Below, one piece after another: positions 39,686 to 51,403 of a DNA stretch of 64,000 nt. Source of the DNA: Paecilomyces variotii (taxonomy: Eukaryota); assembly GCA_004022145.1 (NCBI GenBank), contig RCNU01000009.1. One strand, 5' to 3'. Positions within the stretch are counted from its first letter, which is position 1; every line of letters starts with the position of its first letter. The translations under genes were made by a program, and so were the position numbers. The notes beneath the pieces were generated by a model. That model searched no databases and had not been told where the DNA came from. It worked only from the letters and a program-made list of their open reading frames with translations.

Positions 39686-40225
39686 GGTGGCGCAGGCTGC
39701 TCACAAGTAGCGCGGTAGTTACTGAATGCACTTTGGCTTGCTGGAGACGGAGGTGGTGAGATTTGATAGTTCAATCCCATGGGTATAAAAGCTTCGCTAA
39801 ACAAGAATCACTCGCTATTTCTGTTCTTAGTTTTTGACTGTAGTAAATTGCACGCGGCCCTGGTTAAATATTCAAGCATGTGGACACCGCCACGCCAATT
39901 GGCTAAGGAAAAGGAAATGTATACTGAACTGTTACGTTGCAGACACAAAATATAGAAAATAACAATTAGATGTAACACTTTTATTTCAGCTTCGATATTC
40001 GGATTGCGGTCCAGAGTAAATCGTCCGAGAAACTCATTGACATCGTTGACTTCAGGTGCTTACACCGTTTGATGTCACCTGGGGATACTGATTCATTCAT
40101 CCTCCCAGGGGTTCTTTCAACTTGTTTTCCAGCGACGAGGCAAACTGGGGCATGCCCGAGTTGACTCCAATCGCACGCGGCGTTAAGTTGTGGAGACCTC
40201 TGACTAGGTAGCCAGGATATATACA

Positions 40226-40291
40226 ATGAAGAAGATCACGATACAAGATAGACAGTTCTGCGGCGTACCACTGCAAAGCTAATCCTCGTAG
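40226..40291 (-). mobile_element. Short LTR-retrotransposon Gag-like fragment
   Basis: LRGLALQWYAAELSILYRDLLH resembles the LRGxALxWYxxELSxxx(K/R)xxL motif I recall from fungal Ty3/gypsy-type Gag. No pol or LTRs were seen. Confidence 0.4.
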
Positions 40292-40515
40292 TGACGCTGT
40301 GACACAACTCCCTACTGCTGGTTCCATTCTGTAGCCGCGATATCCCATATACGGCCAGACAAGATACGGACATCACCATAGTGTGTATGACTTCTGATCA
40401 TGACTGAGAGATAGCGATTGCTCTGAACATTTAACACAGAAACGCGGTACGCTTCCGGTAGTAGTTCATAAATGCCAGGCCTGCCTCCAATGGTTGAGGT
40501 GTTGTCCTATCATCA

Positions 40516-41941
40516 GGATGCCGGGAACTGCGTGGTTAAGATTGCCATCCAGAGGCGAGCCGTATCCGCTTCCAAACCACCTGGTTGTACCTCGTTATAG
40601 AGGCGGAGAAGACCCCTGTTGGTGATAAGTCCTTTAGTGTTTTGAGGCGTTTAGTTTAAAATTATATTCCATTGATTGGTCGACGACAACTCAAGTAGGT
40701 ATGTGTTCCGAGTCGAAGAGCTTTGTCCTGGCGGACGACATTTCGTATTTCCAGTGCGTTTTCTTCCATTTTTGACGCGTATCTTCGCGGAGCAACTCTT
40801 AGAAGTGGTTTCTGAGCGAAAAAGATATGCTTGAAAGGTAAAACGAGGCCGAGTTTGGTTTGATTCGGTCTTCAGTCACTTCCGCTGTATACCAATGAGG
40901 AGTTATCATTAATAGACTCGGTGTTGAGATAGAGGTTACTGTTGTAACATCTCCTGTTGTCTCAACATGTCGCGTTCCCTCAAGCATATCAGTAAATCTT
41001 TTGAAACTGCCCAGGTTGTTCACAATTGATTTCGCGTGCTCTCAGAACTTGTCGATGCCGTATAGGTAGGTATCACCAACAAACTGGTCAGCGGTCCTCA
41101 TTATCGGCCAGACTGCTCTAAAAGCAACAAATTGTGTCTCTGAGACCTTGGAAAGGTTCGGGGATCCTGGAGACATCAGCATCAGAGTTTATCCATCGAC
41201 TGATCATAGAATCCCCGGTTAGGCCTACCACAAAGTCAAAATACGGAGTCAGAACCGGAGAGCCGGTTACCCAGAAGGGCAAGGTTGCTAATCGCCAGCG
41301 AGAGCTACGCGGGAGTAAGGCCCATCGTTAATATCTTCTCTCTCGCTAATGCTCGCAACCTGTTCAAAGATAAATGAAAAGTTGTGTTTGCATTTCTGCC
41401 TGCTGTGATGTACGGCCCGATCGTCATGATATATGCCTCTATCTCCGCATGGCGCCAGACACGCTCAGAACAAGAGGTGCAACAGGGTCGTATACATGGC
41501 CGGCTTATTATGCGGATTTCATACTGGTATTGCCCAAAACTGAAAGATTGTTCGCTTCCTGGGAAGCAGTAGCCCCGGCAGTATCCACGATCTGATAGCA
41601 TTATGCATTTGTGGCTAGTGGCTGTCGTCAATATGTGAAGGTATAAAGACAATCCTTGAGACTTGAAGACCAGAATTGTAACAGAGTCTGGTATATATTG
41701 ACATCCTGCCTCCTCCGCCACATTGGCTGGCGGAACAATTTGACCCTGTCTGTGGATTAACTGATGGGTGTATAACTTGGGAGCGCCTCTTGTGACGCGG
41801 AGCAAAACGTCACTTCCTGTCTTGCGGTGTGCCGGTGTTCTCGGTTTTGGAGGGACGAGATTACCCCTCTGGATGGCCTCGTCCCTTCGCTTCCGCCAAG
41901 CCTTGAGTCGAAGGATCTGAAGCAGAGTCAAAAAGCTCCAT
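40516..41941 (-). pseudogene. Decayed fragments of fungal hypothetical-protein genes
   Basis: Protein-like frames broken by stops: PNLSKVSETQFVAFRAVWP..GIDKF*EHAKSIV (41161 onward, TGA at 41044-42, TAA at 40801-799); GLLRLYNEVQPGGLEADTARLWMAILTTQFPAS** (~40635-40516); and a 208-codon frame at 41305-41931. Confidence 0.45.
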
Positions 41942-42152
41942 CGAGTACCGACTGTTGCCGCTTCGAAACGTAATTTCTATGTTAACTCCGGTGTGTGCAT
42001 TCTCAAGATGAGATTGGTGACTATAACTATCTTTTAGAACTAAGAGCGACTCGGTAGATAACCGAGCTATTTGATTGAAGCCATGAGCCAAGTTATACTA
42101 TAGTCTGAGACTTAACAAAGATGACTTCTGTTTGGACTCCCTAGAAGATCGG

Positions 42153-42242
42153 CCTATTTATCCCCACGGGTGGAGCTCGCTGAGCGAAGGAGTGGGAGAA
42201 TTCCGCCAGGAACTCCTTAGCTAGGTAGGGAATCCCCGAGAT
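42153..42242 (-). repeat. Dispersed hairpin repeat, copy B
   Basis: The reverse complement ATCTCGGGGATTCCCTACCTAGCTAAGGAGTTCCTGGCGGAATTC..CAGCGAGCTCCACCCGTGG matches 15784-15848. Confidence 0.8.
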
Positions 42243-43489
42243 CCTTTTCACAAGACATATTAACTAAAGAAGATTCACAAATAACCTGATCAGCGGGAAT
42301 ACTGCAGTGACTAGAGTAAGTTCAAGAAGAAAACGATCCGAAAGTGAAGAGCCAGCCCTGTAATGCTGTTCAATATCGAATCCATTCACACCATGTAGTG
42401 ATTCCTTTACGCAGCCCGTCAATTTCCTACATGGTTTATAGTCCCCTTTCTTCTTTCGAACTTCTTCTGATTAGAGGGCATAGACTACTCTGTATTCTTA
42501 ACTCACCATCTTGTTCAGCTATTCAACATGACTGAATCTGTGTGGGTAAGTAGAACCAGGATCTACATGTAGTCTAATCTACAGAACGCTTTGGTCGACC
42601 CCAATACTCCAATAGCTGGAGCCGACAACTGACAGGAGATCGATTGAGTTTGTATCTGATCTATTGCAGCAAGAGTCTTGCTTTCTCCCAATGTCCGGCC
42701 GTAGTTCGAGTCAAGAGTCCCCACCGCATTTGTGCGGACCAACTTCAACCCTTGGGGATAAAGTTTTGCATAGAATCGTACACAAGATAGATAGGATAAA
42801 GTCCTGCTAGGTCCAAATTTACTAACAGACATTGGCCAAAATATCAAGCACAATCTTGCGATGTACAAGTCCGTAAGATAACGATGCTGACACCAACAGT
42901 CCTGTAGATAATGGTAGCATTTTGATCCTAAATCTTAGGGCTTAATCAGAAGATCTCTCTATGTTTGTCCAAATATAGACTACGAAACTGATCTTCATGG
43001 CAAGGATGCGCCAATAGCTTGATTTTGTAATGCTATATTTCGTTCAATTGTCCTCTCCAATTTCGATGTCGGCGGGGTAAGGATCGTGAGTCGACTGGAA
43101 CTCATGCAGATAGATCGTAACAAACTTGGCTCACCAATAATCCGGCCGCTAGATTATAAAACAGAGGATAAATAAAGACCAATTAGTTCTGTTAACTATA
43201 AACCCGCCAAAGAATCTTTTAGAAATCTGCGTGGTTTCTATCTGAACTGGTCGGAGTCGGACAAACATCACATAAGCAGCTAAGTATCCGGATTTGGCTC
43301 CACCAGCTCGCTCTTCGCTCCGATGCACTGAATTCGCTGCATACATGTTTGTATATCATATTTAACCGTAGTGGAACTATTACTCGGGAGCCGGTCGTGA
43401 CTCCTAACAATACAAGATTTCACAATAGCGACAACTCTTGCGACGGCTGTGTCATATCATCATACTGACGACGACATCACACACACACC

Positions 43490-44575
43490 ATGCCAGTTCC
43501 GCAGTCATTCAAGGCGGCTATAGTCCTTGAGCCAGGGGCTCAGAACGTCATTCAGGAGCGCTCCTTGCCACCATTGGAGGCTGGTGAGGTTGCCATCAAA
43601 ATCACAGCCACGGCTGTTAACCCAGTCGATTGGAAGATGCGCGACTGGCAGGCCTTTATCGACAAGTACCCTGCCATACTCGGATCTGATGCAGCGGGCG
43701 AAATTGCAGAGGTTGGGCCTAATGTCTCTGGTTTTGCGGTGGGTGATCGCGTCTTCTTCCAGGGTATCATAGGCAAATATGATTATTGCACTTTCCAGCA
43801 ATATTGCAAGATGCCAGCTGCCTTGGTCTCGAAAACACCAAAAAACATCAGCGACGAGCAGGCTGCGGGTATATCCCTCGCTACGGTAGCCGTCGTCACT
43901 GCATTCTATGACAAGACTGGCCATGGTATTACACCTCCGTGGGAGAAGGGAGGTGAGCAAGTCGGAAAAGGCAAAGCCGTAGTGATCATCGGGGGTGCTT
44001 CGTCGGTTGGCCAGTATGCGATACAGCTGGCGAGACTATCGGGCTTCGAGCGAATTATCACAAACGCAAGCCCTGCGAATCACGAATTTCTCAAGAAGCT
44101 CGGCGCACATGTCGTGCTGGACCGGTCTCAGGCAACTGTGGAAGATTTCAAGGCCGCGATTGGTGAACTGCCTTTAGACTTCTTGTTCGATGCCATCTCA
44201 TCGAAGGAGACGCAGAAATTGAGCGTCCAGATCGTCCAAGCTGCGAAGACCATTGCTAGCAACCATGTCGTGACGGTACATACCGTCCGCCCGGATGTCG
44301 TCGATCCAGAAGCCACGGCGCTCAGTCAGTCGAAGGAACCCAAGGTAGATATCAAACGGGTCCTGGGTGTCGGCAGCTTTCCAGATCTTCGTTATCTGAG
44401 CGAACCTATGGCCAAGAGTCTGGGAGGAGAGGATGGATATATCGCTAAGGGTCTCTACATTCCGAACCGGTCGCGTGTGGTTTCGGGTGGCCTGGGCGCA
44501 GTGGAGGAAGCTCTGGGTTTGAACAGGAAGGGAGTCTCGGGAGAGAAAGTTATCTTTCGTCCGTCCGAGGTATAA
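43490..44575 (+). CDS. MDR-family NAD(P)H oxidoreductase (enoyl-reductase-like, ToxD/LovC-related)
   Basis: Intronless, 361 aa. Motifs AVNPVDWK, YPAILGSDAAG, GDRVF, GGASSVGQYAIQLA, VSGEKVI. Confidence 0.9.
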   Translation: MPVPQSFKAAIVLEPGAQNVIQERSLPPLEAGEVAIKITATAVNPVDWKMRDWQAFIDKYPAILGSDAAGEIAEVGPNVSGFAVGDRVFFQGIIGKYDYCTFQQYCKMPAALVSKTPKNISDEQAAGISLATVAVVTAFYDKTGHGITPPWEKGGEQVGKGKAVVIIGGASSVGQYAIQLARLSGFERIITNASPANHEFLKKLGAHVVLDRSQATVEDFKAAIGELPLDFLFDAISSKETQKLSVQIVQAAKTIASNHVVTVHTVRPDVVDPEATALSQSKEPKVDIKRVLGVGSFPDLRYLSEPMAKSLGGEDGYIAKGLYIPNRSRVVSGGLGAVEEALGLNRKGVSGEKVIFRPSEV

Positions 44576-44854
44576 GCAGGAGTCAACAATTTCATTGCCA
44601 AGTTGACATTCATGTGCTCGTTTTCATTTATTAAGGTACTCGCTGAAATACGGCGTTACCAAAACAGGCCGTAAGTGAATCGCATATCAAGACTCTTTCT
44701 TGCCTGAAGATCACATTGTGCAGAAAACAATATTCTAAGCTATGGGAAGAGCGACATTTCTGCTGGATTCCGACATATTTCAGTCCAGGAATAAATGAAC
44801 CCGAGGTCTATATAATCTGTCTATATGCATCACATGCATTCCAGGGCGACTTGT

Positions 44855-47718
44855 CTACTTTTTCAGCGCCTCGAGCTTTTCCAGTTGCTCGTTGATTCTC
44901 TTGAATGCCCAGCTGCTCTGTTATGAGTTAGAAAAGAATACGTAATCACCAAGGTGTGGGAAATCGTACCCAGTAACTTGGATAAAGGAAGGGTCTCAGG
45001 TCGTAGCGGTTATCATCCGGTGAGTAGTCGTTGCAATGCAGGGAAGGCGTCAACTATATTCCAACAATATCAGATCAGGTCCATGAAATCTTGAAGCCGG
45101 GGATACGCGGCCTTCCTTTCAACAGGTTGGCAACATACCGTCGTCATCTTATGTCTATTAATTGCATCTGAAGACAAGCGTGTTAGCTCAGTTCCAACCA
45201 GGATATGCATCCAAGGACAAGGCAGGAATACGAAAGATGTATACGTACAGTAGTGGAAGAAGCGCTTGACCTTCTCTGCGACCTGAGCTGGGGTATACAC
45301 GGGTAGATTGTCACCAGAAACTCGCGGGCGCTCGGCACCCCAGTCATGAACGAGGCGCTGGAACATTCCAAATGGACCTAGCTTATGAACCTTTCTGAGT
45401 CGGCCAAATACGGTCAATTCATCGTACGTCATGCCCATGTCCACTTCGTCGCTTTGCACGTATGTTTCGGTAACAGGCTCGAGTTCCGCTGTGGGAACAG
45501 CATCCAGGAACTCCTCAAGGCAGGGCAGGTCGAAGTTCTTTTGTGCCCAGGCGATGAAGCGTCTGAGATCTTGCTTGTCAATGCTACCAATGGGGTTGAT
45601 ATCCGCACTGGAGCAATCGTATTTCGTCTAGTTGCTAGTTAGCTCGCACGGCTTGTATATTAATACGCGATAACGTACCAAGTATCCACGGAGGGATTCT
45701 CCTACGTTGGCGCTTCCAAGCTATATCGATGTTAGCTACGTGGTGTCATCGATCGCCAACAGGTAACTTACTACAAGGAGGGATCCACCTCCAGGTCGAT
45801 TACGGGAAAGAGGCAGAATTTGAGCGAACTCGTAGGCAGTGACCATGCGGGAGCGGGCCTGAATATTCTGCAAGGTGAGATTCTCGGTCACAGAGCCACC
45901 CTCTACCTTGAATTTGGGTTCGAAGTTTAAAGCGTTGACTATGAGGTTGCGCTGAGCATTGTAGACCTCATCGATGTCAAGGTCGACATGGTAAGAGCCA
46001 ATTGCAGCCGAGAGATCTTTAGCCCGTTGTCGTGTCTCTTTCGAGGATTGTTTCGACATTCCCTAAATCGATCAGCGGCTGAGATACGTTATCTTGTTGC
46101 TAACTAACCATGTAGATAGTGTGGAACAGTTGGTTGCAAAGTTCCTGGGGTGTTTTTGGAATACTATCAGTGTATCTCGCTAGACGTCGTACGTCTGCGA
46201 TCACCTGCTCATTGCCTGCTTCGCAGGCTTCAATGACAAGACGACACATTGAGAAGACCATAGTCGCTGTGGCACATGAATCGATACCTCCCGATAACGG
46301 AACAAGGTACCCAGAGACCCCTGACCGTCTTAAGTAATCCCATAGGTAACAACCGGTGCATAGAGCGATCTCCTCTTCAGGTGTATGGTATCTGATTTCA
46401 AGCTCAGGACTGGGGATCTTGCCAAGGTCTTCATCATCTGATGTGAGATAAAACGCGGTCTCCACTCTCTTATACGCCGGGGTGACGGCGGCTTGAAGTC
46501 CACGAGAAGGTGCAAAGCGATAAGCTCTGACTTCATCCAGATCGACAGTAGCCGTAACGACCTCGACATCGGAAAGAGAGAATTCTGCATGGTTTTTAGA
46601 AAACAGGCAGGAAGATGCTGTACTTGAGAGACTCACGAGATGCTTGCGCTAAGACCTTGCCGTTCACGACGATCATTGCGCAGCCATCATAGTACAACCG
46701 CTCGCCGTCCACTCCTTGTTGGTTCGCATACAGGTAGACTCCACCGTTCTTCTTGGTAGCTTCCATTATGAGCCCCAGCCGAGTATCCAACTTCCGAAGC
46801 GTGAAGTGGGAGCCACTGCTATTCGTGATGATCTAACGGACGTCAGTGTCTCCATAGGACTACAGGAGTTGGTATATATTTACCTCAACTCCATCCAATG
46901 ACATATGGTTGTGCGGCCTAAAAAGAATCCTTAGAATATATAAACTAGGGGTCAATGACACCACTTACGGGTCCGGAGTCCATAGCTGTTTCCGTTAGTG
47001 ATGTAACTCTAAGTAGAACCGTGTGTCTTACCTCTTCACAAGTCTCTGCTCCAATGCAGGTATCGAGAGTGCTGATTACAGCGTCTCCAAAAGTGACGTG
47101 AGTTGCACCCTGTAGTAACTGAATCTTACGGGGCAAGAGGTATTGCTCATACTGCCTAGGACGCATCCAGGGTGTGAAGTGCCTCATCTTGAAATATCAT
47201 CAGTATTGTTAATAGGGTGTCAATGTTCTCGAGTGATGCAACCGCAAGCAAGAAGGCGATGATGTATCAGGATACATATTATCTTACCTCGCGGTAATTT
47301 CCATCATTAGCCAGAGACATCTTGGGCCGTATCAAGAGGATCTTCGAATCCAGACATATCTATCACAGGGTATTAGTCATATCTGCGCGAGGACTCAGTG
47401 GGACGAAACACATACCACTCGACAGTTGTAGCGAAGATTCTTATGCTGCACCGGCATACCTATGTCTAGTATCATTCCAGAACAATCTTTGTCACTGAGA
47501 ATCCTCTCGAGCATCTCCCAACAGTGCAGGTAGAGATCCTGCTCCAAAAGGTGGTCAAGACATCCATATCCACAAATCTCCAGCTCGGGGCCAACTCTCA
47601 ACTTTGCGCCGGCTGCTTTTGCCTTCTTGATACTCTCGATGATACGAGATGTATTTCCTTCAAAGTCCAGAGCCCACTGGTTCAAGTTGCACGTCGCAAC
47701 CGTCACAAGATTTGGCAT
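44855..47718 (-). CDS. qns1: Glutamine-dependent NAD+ synthetase
   Basis: 13 exons: 47718-47416, 47359-47288, 47187-47032, 46985-46969, 46917-46884, 46832-46637, 46584-46109, 46062-45772, 45720-45679, 45627-45249, 45167-45139, 45053-44970, 44917-44855. Nitrilase triad motifs GPELE, RPK, ETCEE; P-loop [39 protein letters not shown]. Confidence 0.95.
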
Positions 47719-48145
47719 ATTGATAGCAGATGCTCAGCGATTGGTCGATTGAAGATTTCTGATAGTGAGCTAGACAGAGAGGAAACTGTAGACCATTCCT
47801 TCTCTCAGCAAAGAAAGAAGAGTATCTTGGCTACAGAGATCTATGCAATTGCCTGGTCCGCCCGTCGAGAGCAAAGGAACGTCCGCGGTTTATCCAAGCA
47901 GCAGAGGGCTTCGGCCAATCACGGCGATTTGTCGCCGAGGAACCCCTCTGGCGGGATCGACGGCAGGTGGGCGGTCTGTCACGTGGTACCCATGACGCAA
48001 ATGGCCCGATGCCTCGTGACAAGTGCACGATCTGGACGATCCATCTCGAGAATCAGCAAACCGGATCTCCGTCGCATGTTATCCGGAGAATAGCATAACC
48101 ACTGAGAACGAAGATGAATCATTTGTTTGTCCTCCCACCAGGAGA

Positions 48146-49643
48146 ATGAAGAAGACGCTTCTCCTTGTGTTCATCCACGGCTTCAAGGTACATGCTTCTC
48201 TCCCCGCATACCTTCCCAGACGATGTGCGCATATGCGGCATCAGCTAAGATTTGCCATGGTTGAAGATTGCATAGCTAACGATTCAGTCGCTTATATAGG
48301 GAGGTGACGATACTTTCGTAAATTTCCCGGAGCACTTGAGGGCTCTGGTCAGCCATGCGCTCCCAAACATCGAGGTCGTTACCGCAGTCTACCCGAAGTA
48401 CGAGACAAGAGGAGACCTAAAAGAATGCGTGGGGAGATTCCGAGAATGGTGTGTGGTGCCAAGAGTGTTATGTGCAGATGCAGTTTGGCTAACTAGACTG
48501 TTCCTTATCAAAAGGTTACAGAATAAAGTCATTGATCTCGAAGTAGAAAACCATGCGCCATCTCCTACGGTTGATCCATCTGTTCATGTGATCTTGGTGG
48601 GACATTCGATGGGCGGTATAGTCGGAGGAGAGACTCTCATATTACTGGCGTCAGAGGAGCCACTTCCGCCGCCTTCGTCTCTGAGCGAGAGCTCAACGGC
48701 GGACGGGAAACGCGCAGGAAGACCGACTTCTGTTGAGCCTACCACGTTCATGTTCCCTCATATTCAAGGTCTAATGGCCTTCGATACACCTTTTCTAGGA
48801 ATTGCTCCAGGAGTCGTTTCCTACGGTGCCGAGGGTCATCTTAAGACAGTGGCCACGGCTTACAATACGATATCTGAAATTGCAAGCGTATTTGGATTCG
48901 GGGGTAACAATACATCCACGACCAAAACGACGAGCACGACTGTCCAGGAGCAGAAGTCACTGCCTGCCTCGACTGCCACTGCGGCTTCTGCAGATGCCGC
49001 AGCCACCCCCTCGTGGCAGCGCTGGGGTCGCTATGCCATGTTTGCCGGGGCGGCGGGCGCTGCTGCCGCAGGCGGAGCAGCCGCCCTTTATTCTCAGCGA
49101 GATAACCTCACAGCAGGCTGGAGCTGGGTAACTTCACATCTAGCATTCGTGGGGTGTTTGGCGCGCTCCGAAGAGCTTCGGAAACGTGTTTCTACACTAT
49201 CTAATCTCTATATCGAGCGCAAAATCGGCAGTGCCAACTTCTATACGTGTCTTGGAAGAGGCGCCCAGTCTATTCCTGATCCAACGCACCAAGGTAAATC
49301 TTCCATCAGCCAGAAGATCATACGCTCCAAGGACCGCACATTCTGCAGCTTGCCTCCAGATGTGGACGAGCAACCAAACCGAACCGACCCAGGCCTTATA
49401 TGGATCAAGGCCACAAACGATAAATCCTCCAATGAAACGACTGCGCATATCAGCATGTTCTCCCCGAAAGATAACCCGGCTTTCTACTCCCTAGCCCACC
49501 AAGCTGCCCACCTCGTGACAGAGTGGGTTGACAAACCCTGGTACGCCACAGCAACCAGAGAGAGAAAAAAAGAAAACATCTCGACTGCGAACGCAGCCGA
49601 AGATGAGCTGATAGACAGTGATGATGTCGTGATAATCGAGTAG
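48146..49643 (+). CDS. Alpha/beta hydrolase (DUF676/lipase-like)
   Basis: Exons 48146-48187, 48300-48448, 48515-49643. Motifs FIHGFKGGDDTF, nucleophile elbow GHSMGG, AFDTPFLG, AHISMF. Confidence 0.88.
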
Positions 49644-49762
49644 ATATATTACCGGCTCATGTAGTTATGCTTGATGAGGAATTGATGAATGAACGCGTTA
49701 TACCATTAAATAAAATCCACTTGTTATACATGTCGTAAGATCGCAACTGAATAGTCTATCCC

Positions 49763-49798
49763 ATGTAGTCTTAGATTCAAATGTAGTCTTAGATTCAA
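49763..49798 (+). repeat. Perfect 18-bp tandem duplication (ATGTAGTCTTAGATTCAA x2)
   Basis: Direct read. Confidence 0.9.
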
Positions 49799-50236
49799 AA
49801 CGGGGGATAGAACAGAAAGCCCCACCGATTTTCTGATCCTTTTGCTGACTTTTACAGAGCCATCGGATTCTGTATGGATGCAGGCTTCGGTTACAAGGCA
49901 TCTGATAATCGAGCTGGGCTAGTTACATCATAACTACTAGACAGGAGCGAATTTGCTTCAATAGTCCCCAGAGGCTGCTGAGAAAAGCCAGGAAACATAT
50001 CCGGAATGTCAGTTGACCGTTCCAGCCTCTCAAGTCGGAAAAAATGCATACAATTTGTGAATAGAATGGTGGACTCAAAGCATCCATTCCAGTGCCGAAG
50101 TAGAAGGAACGGTTAAGGGCAAAAAAAAAGAACCGCTAGCTCACGCATGCTACAAGCAATACAGGGAAGATCAGCAACATGCCCATTTGTAAATGCAATG
50201 CAAATCACTTTGTGATAATGGAAACATCCAGCCACA

Positions 50237-51403
50237 CTACGCAGCAATGCTTGCATGAGCATCCTTCTTTTCGTCTTGAGTCTCGACCTTCTTCCCGGGC
50301 TGGTTCTTGGAAGCTTCAACTGCCTGCTGGTAACCGTCGTGCTCATCGTGTCGTTTGTAGAAATATGAATTGCCTCCTGCGGGTCGCAACTCTGGTGACA
50401 ACCGGTCGATAATGGTTTCTTCCAATGCTTTGATTGCGCGCTGGTTGGACCCAAGCTTGTTCCATACAGAGATCAGGTGGGAATTGAAACGAATTGAAGT
50501 CGAGACACCCAGAACGTGATCATGCTCTGCAAGGTTATCTGTCAGCATCGCCATATGCTTATAAAATTGGAAAAGTAACAGGGGCAATAATATAAGGTCT
50601 GTACCTTTCTCAAGTGCAGCCTGAAACTCATTCGCCATGCACAGAATAGCGATCTCATGGAAAAACTCTTGTGCCTTAGCTTTGGGTACACGGAACGTCC
50701 AGCATCCACCCTTGAGGTTCTCTGGATCCTCCCACACAGGCTTCACGCCTTTTCGGAAAATGTGAACGGTATCCCGCAGTCTGATTTTATCCCAGGGGTA
50801 ATTATTATAGACGCGATAGAATGTTGCGATGTCTGCAACGTCTTCATACAGAACATAGAGCCTGTTATCGTAATTGCTGGAGTCCGTATGTTTATCATAC
50901 CAGATTGTCCAATGGTACTGGAACGGCAAAGGGCGGAGCTTGCCAATGATGTTCTGGTGCAGCGACTTGCGCGTCGAAGCTATTGATCCCGAGTCATTGT
51001 TGCCAGTATCACCTGGGGCAGGCTCTTCTCCGTTGATCTGCAATGTTGGTTGACTCATACTGGACTTGCCGTTATCAAGCTTTTGCATGTATCTTGCCGT
51101 GATGACCGAGAAGTCACGGAGGTAGTTGAAAGTCTTCAGGCTCAACGGGTCAAGAAGAGGCCCGTTAGAACCAGCTTCACGGAGGATGTCTCGGGAGTGG
51201 TCCGGGGGCAGGTAGCTTCGCAAGAGGCGAATATACTGATCTGGGCCGAGATCAACCAGATCCTTCGATAGGTACGCCTTGAAGCCGTAGTAGATGTCAA
51301 GTTCCGAAAGGAGACCTCCGTTGAGCAGAAGAACGTAGTCGCTCGCCCACAAGGCTTTGTGAGGTTCTTTACTCCCTGCTTTGGTACTGTAAGCGATAGG
51401 CAT
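50237..51403 (-). CDS. Non-canonical eIF4E-family cap-binding protein
   Basis: Exons 51403-50605 and 50526-50237 (78-nt in-frame intron). Motifs HWTIWYD, FRKGVKPVWEDPENLKGGCW, ISVWNK, YKRH. Start uncertain (51403, or MSQPT near 51058). Confidence 0.85.
   Translation of the reverse strand: MPIAYSTKAGSKEPHKALWASDYVLLLNGGLLSELDIYYGFKAYLSKDLVDLGPDQYIRLLRSYLPPDHSRDILREAGSNGPLLDPLSLKTFNYLRDFSVITARYMQKLDNGKSSMSQPTLQINGEEPAPGDTGNNDSGSIASTRKSLHQNIIGKLRPLPFQYHWTIWYDKHTDSSNYDNRLYVLYEDVADIATFYRVYNNYPWDKIRLRDTVHIFRKGVKPVWEDPENLKGGCWTFRVPKAKAQEFFHEIAILCMANEFQAALEKGTDLILLPLLLFQFYKHMAMLTDNLAEHDHVLGVSTSIRFNSHLISVWNKLGSNQRAIKALEETIIDRLSPELRPAGGNSYFYKRHDEHDGYQQAVEASKNQPGKKVETQDEKKDAHASIAA

Noticed and set aside
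15784..42242. Two inverted repeat copies as the TIRs of a single 26-kb transposon
   Set aside because: The interval is filled with intact core genes, no transposase or TSD is visible, and independent insertions are more parsimonious.
43490..44575. MDR reductase as a LovC-like trans-ER for the PKS
   Set aside because: It is 16 kb away across housekeeping genes, and the PKS ER motif looks intact.
44573..44610. Cryptic PTS1 (AKL) via stop read-through after the MDR gene
   Set aside because: The stop is TAA-G rather than TGA-CTA, and AKL is not followed by a stop.
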